The translations under genes were made by a program, and so were the position numbers. From positions 7,998,001 to 8,062,000 of the forward strand of contig JBHGNT010000007.1 of NCBI GenBank assembly GCA_043228905.1: a stretch of 64,000 nucleotides of DNA, given 5' to 3'. Every line of letters starts with the position of its first letter. The stretch's first letter is position 1. This document shows positions 56,575 to 64,000 of the stretch, piece after piece. This DNA comes from Azolla caroliniana (lineage: Eukaryota; Plantae; Polypodiophyta). Under the pieces are notes generated by a model. The model ran no database searches, was not told the DNA's origin, and was given only the letters and a program-made list of their open reading frames with translations.

Positions 56575-59357
56575 GTGAAAATGTCTATTTTAACATGGCA
56601 AAGGAGACAACAACATTCTCTTTGTAGGAGAAACTTTAGGCCATGTACGAGAAAAACTCCTCATCCAAACTCATTGGTTCGAGAGTTATTCAATATGAAG
56701 ATGAGAGTTACGGATCCGACGACCTCCCACATCAACGCCTTCAGCTGGGTGTTGTTTGAGCTCCCAAGGGATTAACTTCAAAGAAGAAGTTAAAGCCCTT
56801 GCCCTCCTTTCGAGCTTGCCGGCGAGTTGGGAGGTATCCTGTCTTACGTTCGCCAACAGTTGTCCAAATTTGAATCTGGACGAAACAATTGGACAAGTCC
56901 TCACTGAGGATATTCGACAAAAATCAATGGGTCTCACCATCGATGAATCGGTAAAAGCCCACCACTCAATCAAGATAGCAAAAGGAACCAACTGAAGTAC
57001 CAGTCAACCGAGGAAGAGGGAAGATCAACATCAATCAAAGTCGAGGAATAATTGGTCAAACGCCTTTTGCACACATTGTAGAAAGGACGGCTAGAAACTT
57101 TCCGGCTACTGGTCTATTAAAAGAAAGGAGAACAATCGACGATTCGATCGAACACAAGGACAATCCGATTCAAACCGCTCTCTACCGACAATGAAGTCAA
57201 TGTTGTTGAATCCCAGTCCGGAGAAATCCTCTCCTTGGAAAACGCCTCGACCGAAGAACTCCTCTACAGCGCCCAAGACGTGCGAACGTGGTTGCCTGAC
57301 TCCAGCGCCACATTTCACGTGACCCCCGACATCGAATGGTTTTTAGACTTTAGTCGGAGCCAGCGGCAAAGTCTGACTTGGCAATGGGCAAGAGTGTGTA
57401 ATCGTAGGGATCGACGAGGTCCCCATTCAATTGCGAAACGACAATACTATCACCCTGCACCGAGTCCAACACGTACCCGAGCTAAGGAGTCTTATCTCCA
57501 TTGGCATGCTAGCCGAAGCCAGGTACCGAACCAGTCTCAGTAGTGAGTCGTCATGGATAATCAACCGAGGAAGTATGGCCGTTGGTTGTCCGGCCTTCGC
57601 CGCTGCTTTAGGATTTTCGGCCATTCTTACAGCCACGCCTGTTCTGCCGTCGCAATCTGGTTGGATCCAGTTGCTGGTTATTCTTGGCCACTGATTGTTT
57701 GTTGTCTGGCCATTGCAACTTCGGCCATTGCTCCATCGCCATCCGTCAATCTAGCCCTTACGGCCATCTCTCTAGCGCTCTATCTGGCTTGTTTGGCAGC
57801 TGTCCCGGCCGCCTTTCTCTCCATCTCTATCATCTGTATTCTGTCGTTGTTCGGTGTTTCGGTTGCCATCGCTTATCTTTATCTCTTGTCCATCTTCATC
57901 CGGCCTCTGTTCGGACGCTTGTCCGACCGCGACAGTTCCAGCCATGTCTTGTCGTTATTTCAGTCGTCGCTCAGCCCGGCCGCTTTCGTCCTTGCGTCGT
58001 TCGGCCACTCCGACTGCTCTTCGGTCGTGTCTTTTTGGCTTACGAGCCGTCATTTCCAGTCGTGCGTCCCGTCCGTCATCCCGACGGCATGTTTGCTTCC
58101 CCGGCCTTGACCAGCCCTCTGGCCGCTTCGGCTACTCCAGCCACTGTCCGGATATTTCCACCGATTTCCGGCCCTTTTGGCCGCTCTCCAACCACTTCGG
58201 TCGCTCCGGTTGCTCCTGTCCGGTCACTCTCCGGCCTATCCGACCGCTCGAACTATTGTCCGGTCGTCTCCATCTTCGTTGTTTTTCGGCACGAACGGCC
58301 ATGTCTTTCCGGTTGTATCCATCCGGTTCATTCCAGTTTTTATTTTCCGTTTCTTCTATTCGGACCATTCCATCGTGTTTATGTGTTTTTCTCTAGCCCT
58401 CGTCTGTGGTTTTCTGCATCACGTCGTCTCATCTGACTTCTCCGTTTCTGGCTATGTCGTGTGTCCCTTTGGCATGTTTGGTCGTCCCTTTGTTGTCTAG
58501 CCCGTCCGTTGTCCGCCTTTGTCTAGTGTGTATCTGGCCATCTTCATCTCCGTTCTGGCTACGGTTCGGTTGTGTCTCGGCCGCCTCTGCAACCTTCTGA
58601 TCATCGTTGCTATTCTGGCCGTCGTCCGTCCGGTGCTGTTGGTTCTTTGGTCGTCAATGTCTGGTTTGCGTTTGCATCTCTTCTCTGTCTTCTTTGGTCC
58701 TTCGGTGTTAACCAACTCTGGTTCTTGTTCCGATTCCGGTTCCAACTCTCTCCGCGCTGTTTCTTTTGGAACCATTGCCCGTGCATTCTCAGCACATCTT
58801 GCCGGTCTCCGCTCCACACACTACGACTTTCTCCGCAGTCTCCTGGTGGGCTTCTCTTTCCGGTCGTGCTAGCACCAGTTCCCTCTGCGTTGTTGTTTGT
58901 CCAGCCGTGCATCTTGCACCACGCTTTTGAGAACATGCACATTGTTGCTAACCGCTTTCGGAAACACGCACATGGACAGTAATCGCAACCTCACACAAAC
59001 ATTGTTGCCATTCATGCATTCCTCCATAGACTTCTTCCAACATCTTCACCGTCATTTTCACGTTTTGCCATTTCTTGCACTTAATCGCTATGGCTTGCAC
59101 ATCCGCGTATCATTCTTTGACTCCGTCTCCAAAGGGGGGTCGCCTTAGTGGTTTTAGGGTCAGGGTTAAGGACGATGATAATCATGATAAAGATAGACAT
59201 GGTGGTTATGATGATGATGGAGAGTATGGGATTGATGGCGAGAGAGATCATGTGCATTGAGAAGCATTGCGGGGTGGGGGGGGGATGCCTAGAATGGCTC
59301 CACCCCCCTCCCAAGGGGGTTCAACGTAAGGGGAGAGAGAGAGAGAGAGAAATATGT

Positions 59358-59393
<36 letters not shown>

Positions 59394-60420
59394 AATGGTT
59401 ATTCATGTTTCATTCATTCCCCATAAGGGGTTAAATAGTACAAGAGGGGGTAGATACATTGGGGTGTAAGCCCCATTGAGCATTCATACTGGACAGTTAC
59501 TCACACCTCCTCGTATCCATCCACATGCACACACGTGTGCATGTGTTCACATACGTATAGACTCACAACGACATTTATACCCCCTACACATACACAACCT
59601 CATGATAGATAACATTCGACCCTCGCTCATAACACTTGACTCTCCGTACATCTCGTACGGGGTAACAACCCCCGACATCGAATGGTTTTTAGACTTTAGC
59701 CGGAGCCAGCGGCAAAGTCTGACTTGGCAATGGGCAAGAGTGCGTAATCGTAGGGATCGACGAGGTCCCCATTCAATTGCGGAACGACAATACTATCACC
59801 CTGCACCGAGTCCAACACGTACCCGAGCTAAGGAGTCTTATCTCCATTGGCATGCTAGCCGAAGCCAGGTACCGAACCAGTCTCAGTAGTGAGTCGTCAT
59901 GGATAATCAGTCGAGGAAACATGAACATCGGGTGCAGATGCAAGTACAATAACCTGTATCCGCTAATGGCAATAAATCCAAAGGGCATAGTGAATGTAGT
60001 TGAATCGTCTTATTCAAACTTATGACATGGTTGACTCAACCATATGTCCCAAGTCAGATTGAACCGGCTGATGGCGATTGGTTGCCTCTCAAAACTCCAA
60101 TAGAAGATGGACTTCTGCGAGCATCGTCGTTACGAGAAACAACCCGAAGTCCGCACTCTCTCCACGACGAGACGATACAACAACCCCTAGAACTGGTCCA
60201 GACGAACATATATGGGCCAATGCCCGAACGATCACTAGGAGGCTCTCGATACTTCATCACGTTCGTAGATGATTGTACACAGAAGGTTGGGGCTTACTCA
60301 ATTAAGTCCAAAGATGAAGCACTCAAGGTCTTCTCTCGGTGGTTAGCCGAAGTGGAAAACCGATCAGGACACCGAGTGAAGACACTCCAGTCCAACTACG
60401 AAGGTGAATACACCTCCCAA
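56575..60420 (+). mobile_element. Degenerate Copia gag-protease-integrase, split by an insertion flanked by a ~250-bp duplication
   Basis: ALALLSSLPASWE (gag); WLPDSSATFH (protease); LELVQTNIYGP...YFITFVDD (INT); duplicate at 57322-57572 and 59668-59918. Confidence 0.8.
57573..59667 (+). mobile_element. Partial retroelement: CCG-rich internal region and a probable 3' LTR (~59146-59667)
   Basis: Purine tract aaagggggg at ~59131; (GA)n; ends GGGGTAACA; no recognisable enzyme domain. Confidence 0.45.
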
Positions 60421-60453
60421 GCCTCAAACTATCATGAACATCAACTCGAACCT

Positions 60454-60486
<33 letters not shown>

Positions 60487-60764
60487 CTCCTAGGCAAACT
60501 TTATACTTTAATCTTTGTATAAAGGGTAACTTGTATGTAAGACTCAATATGTATGACTTGACATGCAAGTATGAGCATAATTAGCATGCATCACTTCATG
60601 TATAAAAAGGGTTTATCTCTCTTGTTAACATCAAGGAGATCAGCACCAATCATGGAATAGATATTCTCACTCGTTGTCATCAACTTCCCCATCTCCCTAT
60701 CTTCCAATTGTTCATTCGTAACAGATTGATCTCCGTCCTTTTTCTTCTTTCTCAATACACTATC

Positions 60765-62220
60765 ATGTCAGATTCATCTAGTAACCTTGAGCAAATTTTG
60801 GCGACCCTACAACAACTCAAACATGAGAATGCAAACTTGCAAAACTCTGTCTAAGAACTTTAGGCGGCCACAACGGTCATATCTCACCCAATTGTTGACT
60901 TTTCTGCCATAGACCCCAATGTCAACTTGGTAGATAAATTCAATGGAACAAGGTCATAGTTAAGAGGCACCATCAACTAGATTCGCCTTATTATTTGCCT
61001 TCAACCTCGACGTTATTTTGATGACTTTTGACGAGTTGGGCTCATCGACACGTTGCTAATAGGACAAGCCCAAGCTTGGTTTGCTCCTCTGGTGGAGACC
61101 TCTTCACCCCTCTTGACTTACTTCCAAGCATTTCTTACCGAATTTGAGGCAACTTTTGAGGAGACCGACAAACGACGAGCCACACTCAACAAACTATATG
61201 TGTTACAACAAGGAGAACATGCAGCATCAATCTATGCATCTAAATTTTGTCAACTCACATGCGATGTCGATTGGGACGAACAAGCCCTCCTCGATCAATT
61301 CCATCAAGGATTACAACGTGAGATAAAAAATCTTTTGCTTAACTTTCTTGAGCCCACATCTTTAAATGAGGCTAAGCTATGCACTGCGACAACCGTCTCT
61401 TTGAGTTCCGGCAAGAGGAACGTTGTCGTGAAGAAAACCGTCCACAAGCGGAATCGGTGCACCGGAGCGTAGGAACCGGCTCTTCATGCACGTACGTCTT
61501 ATGTTGTACAAAGAGAGAATTAGGTACATAGAAGATCCTAGGTAGGTAGATTCGGTAGGTAGGAAGTTAATGGAAAATGGCTCCTTTCTTGCCTATAAAA
61601 GGAGGGAGACAGGGAAGAGGAAAGGGATCGCGGTTAGAGAGGACGAAGTGTTATCGGGTTGTCGGCGGAAGGCTTCTCTCTCTTCCATACTCCGTAGCTT
61701 CTTTCGGTGCAGGTTTCGGGAGGCTCGCGCTGCTCTAAGGAATGCCCGAGTGCTTCCAGCAGCACCTCCAACCTACTCCTTTCCTTCTGAGCGTTTACGA
61801 ACAGGCATCGACATCTGTTCGCCGACCTGTTCGGTTGTAACCGACTTCGTGCTTCTTGTTGTTTGTCCTTGTTAATATATATAAACGTACATTCGTGTCT
61901 CTCTGCGTCGGTGTCCCACTCGCGTCTTTGTGTCGAAGGGTCGTGCCCCCTGTGAATCTACGCCCACACGTAGTGGGTCCCTTCCCTTCTCCTTTGTCTC
62001 TTGCTCTTCGGTACAAGACCCCCGAGGCCCCGCCTCATTCCACGCATCCGCGAGGAAAACCTCGACAACGTCCTCATCGAATCCATCCACCTTGGTTAGC
62101 CACTACACGAAATCACCTACCGTGGTTGACGGCCCCAACTCCCATGTCATCCTCCACTTCATCTTCAACTCCCGCTATAGATTCTAGCTCCCCAATGGAG
62201 ATTGATCGAATTTGCTACTA
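60765..62220 (+). pseudogene. Decayed Ty3/Gypsy chromovirus-type (Tcn1/PEG10-like) gag, interrupted by a solo LTR
   Basis: DKFNGTRS, LLIGQAQAWF, LQQG..ASIYASKF, WDEQAL..QF..GL, PMEID. Confidence 0.78.
61424..62067 (+). repeat. Solo LTR of the same family as the outer Gypsy element, TSD ACGT
   Basis: TGTCGTGAAGAAAACC...GGAAAACCTCGACA, a diverged copy of 1079-1708; ACGT at 61420-61423 and 62068-62071. Confidence 0.95.
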
Positions 62221-62319
62221 ACCGTTGACTAGTACTCTGCGTTGATACCACTGCATGTCTCTATTGTGACGGGCCAACTTGTGAGATCAAGTGCAAAGTA
62301 GTGTGAGGGCTCTGTACCA

Positions 62320-62621
62320 CTAATATTGGTAATGAGATAAGGTTGGATACAATCAATAGGCATTCTTGCCTTATATTGAGACCAATATTTAAGGTTGACA
62401 TTTGCAATGTAGTATTCTAGCTTTGTTCTCTTAGAATCTTCCCACTTCATCCTTAATAATTCCACTAACCTTTGCTCTATCATTACAAAATACATAGTAT
62501 CACCCAAAAGCTCAAAAAGATCATCCACACCCCATCTTTTGAACCATTTTCTTATGTCAACAATCCAACCGAATGAGAAGGAGAATGGATTTGGGAAAAA
62601 GGGTGGACGAAACAAATCCAA
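62320..62621 (-). mobile_element. Probable LINE (non-LTR) ORF2 C-terminal fragment
   Basis: WIVDIRKWFKRWG...KLEYY...QPYL resembles the post-RT region of LINEs. Confidence 0.4.
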
Positions 62622-63882
62622 TTGTTAGTGACAAAAGAGACAAGGGAACAGAAGGGAGGTGAAGGGAGCAAGTTTGAAGCATGAGAAAAATGATAAAGCT
62701 TATATTAGCAAGCCAATTTAATTAATGTCCAAGATGGATGTTGATCTAATTGAATCTAGTGCCTCTTTTTAGTTAAGTATGGTCACCTACCTTTTCTTGC
62801 ATTACATATGTATGTCAAATGAGCATAAACAATGTCTTATTTTAGTTAGAAATAAAGAATCTATAGTATAATGTGAGCAGATAAAAAATAGGGAAATTAT
62901 GTGAGTTTAGGGTTTACTTTTATCCTCAAAATATAGGTTTTATGAGGAAGAGCCACAATGTTTTCCTAAAATTAGAGAATTTGTTTGAGCAATGACCTAT
63001 GTTTTTGTATTGAAATGGGAGAAGCACCATGGAGCATTTCTTGACTAAATAAACTATACAATATAACTCTCAATTGACTATTTCCAAAACCACAAGCTTG
63101 TTTGTTGGGCATAACACTTCGGGCTATTAGGATTTCGGGTTTGGAAGTTGGGATACATTACACTCTTTTTTCATGGTGCCTTCATAGATTCTTGGGTAAT
63201 TAATTGAGGCATCTTCACAAAGCCAATGTGTCACAAGGGAAAGTTGTGGAAACTCCCACTTTAGCAACTAATCATCTGAATTGTGGAAATTCATCAAGTA
63301 CTTTTATGAAGGATGAAGAGAAAATTAAGCATAAAATAATCAGAATTTATCAGAGTTTTGGAGATTGGCCAAGCTTCAGTACTTAATTTATCCAAAAACA
63401 CAACAATTGTGCCTGTATTATATATCAAATTTTTGACACAATATTGCTTGATGTTGAACGCTTTTGCACTATACATATATAGAGAAACAATAGTGAAAAT
63501 GAGCTGCTATACATCCATAAAAACATCTTCAGTGTGTCTCTAATAACAGAGACAATTCATCCAGTAACAAAAAAACTATAGAAGAAGACAGAAAAGAAAA
63601 CTAAAGAACAGCCATTCTGTAGTCTTCATCAAGTAGCAACTTCTCAAATAGATTTTGAGACTGTTTTTTTTCATTACATATATAACTCTAAAGTATCTAT
63701 CTACCTATCTACCTACTACCCCTACATATCGTTTCTCTTAATCTTTGTAACAAAAAACTATAGAAAAGAACAGAAGAAGAAAACACAAGAGTATGTATGG
63801 ATATCTATCTATCTATCTATCTATATATATATATAATTATTTATATGTAGATGTATATGTAGAAGATGTATATAAAAACTAC

Positions 63883-63983
63883 CTTTTCGCACAAAAGAGT
63901 AGAAGTGCAGCTGATAAAGAAGCTAATAGTCTGAACTTTGGGTTTAACCATATGGCTCCTTTTCCTCCATTCTTCTGTGCCAT
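63883..63983 (-). CDS. Possible first exon encoding a signal peptide
   Basis: MAQKNGGKGAIWLNPKFRLLASLSAALLLFCAK followed by AG|GTAGT donor. Confidence 0.3.
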
Positions 63984-64000
63984 ACCACTAGGAGATGTTG

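Noticed and set aside
57553-58982. Many overlapping hydrophobic ORFs on the + strand
   Set aside because: Stop-poor, pyrimidine/CCG-rich TE interior; no domain or coherent frame.
63563-63790. ~45-bp imperfect duplication gtaacaaaaaactatagaa...
   Set aside because: Ordinary short local duplication in AT-rich non-coding sequence.

Overview
Eukaryotic, intron-containing, TE-rich land-plant DNA. The TE types and a CHD7-type remodeler suggest a non-seed plant such as a fern or lycophyte (inference). 1079-17884 is a full-length Ty3/Gypsy LTR retrotransposon with 630-bp LTRs, a 4-bp ACGT TSD, a tRNA-Trp PBS and a likely -1 frameshift after the protease. Nested in it on the minus strand is a second, Athila-like Gypsy element (4450-14263) with 419-bp LTRs identical by eye, an ACCGG TSD and a large extra coiled-coil ORF. 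The nested element has no PPT next to its 3' LTR; a second, oppositely oriented tRNA-primer-binding-site-like motif sits there instead, which is the most unusual signal in the window. Next come a deleted Copia, a decayed Sola-like DDE transposase, a 23-exon CHD subfamily-III (CHD7/Kismet-like) gene with E2F-type sites and a C-terminal PIP-box-like motif, and a convergent condensin CAP-G-like gene. 37-47 kb and 55-62.6 kb are nested Copia/Gypsy relics, solo LTRs, a hAT MITE and a fold-back element. 46-54 kb holds an intact intronless cytidine deaminase and fragments of Myb, PLD, GH43 and receptor-kinase genes. All family calls come from motif recognition by eye; no database searches were run.
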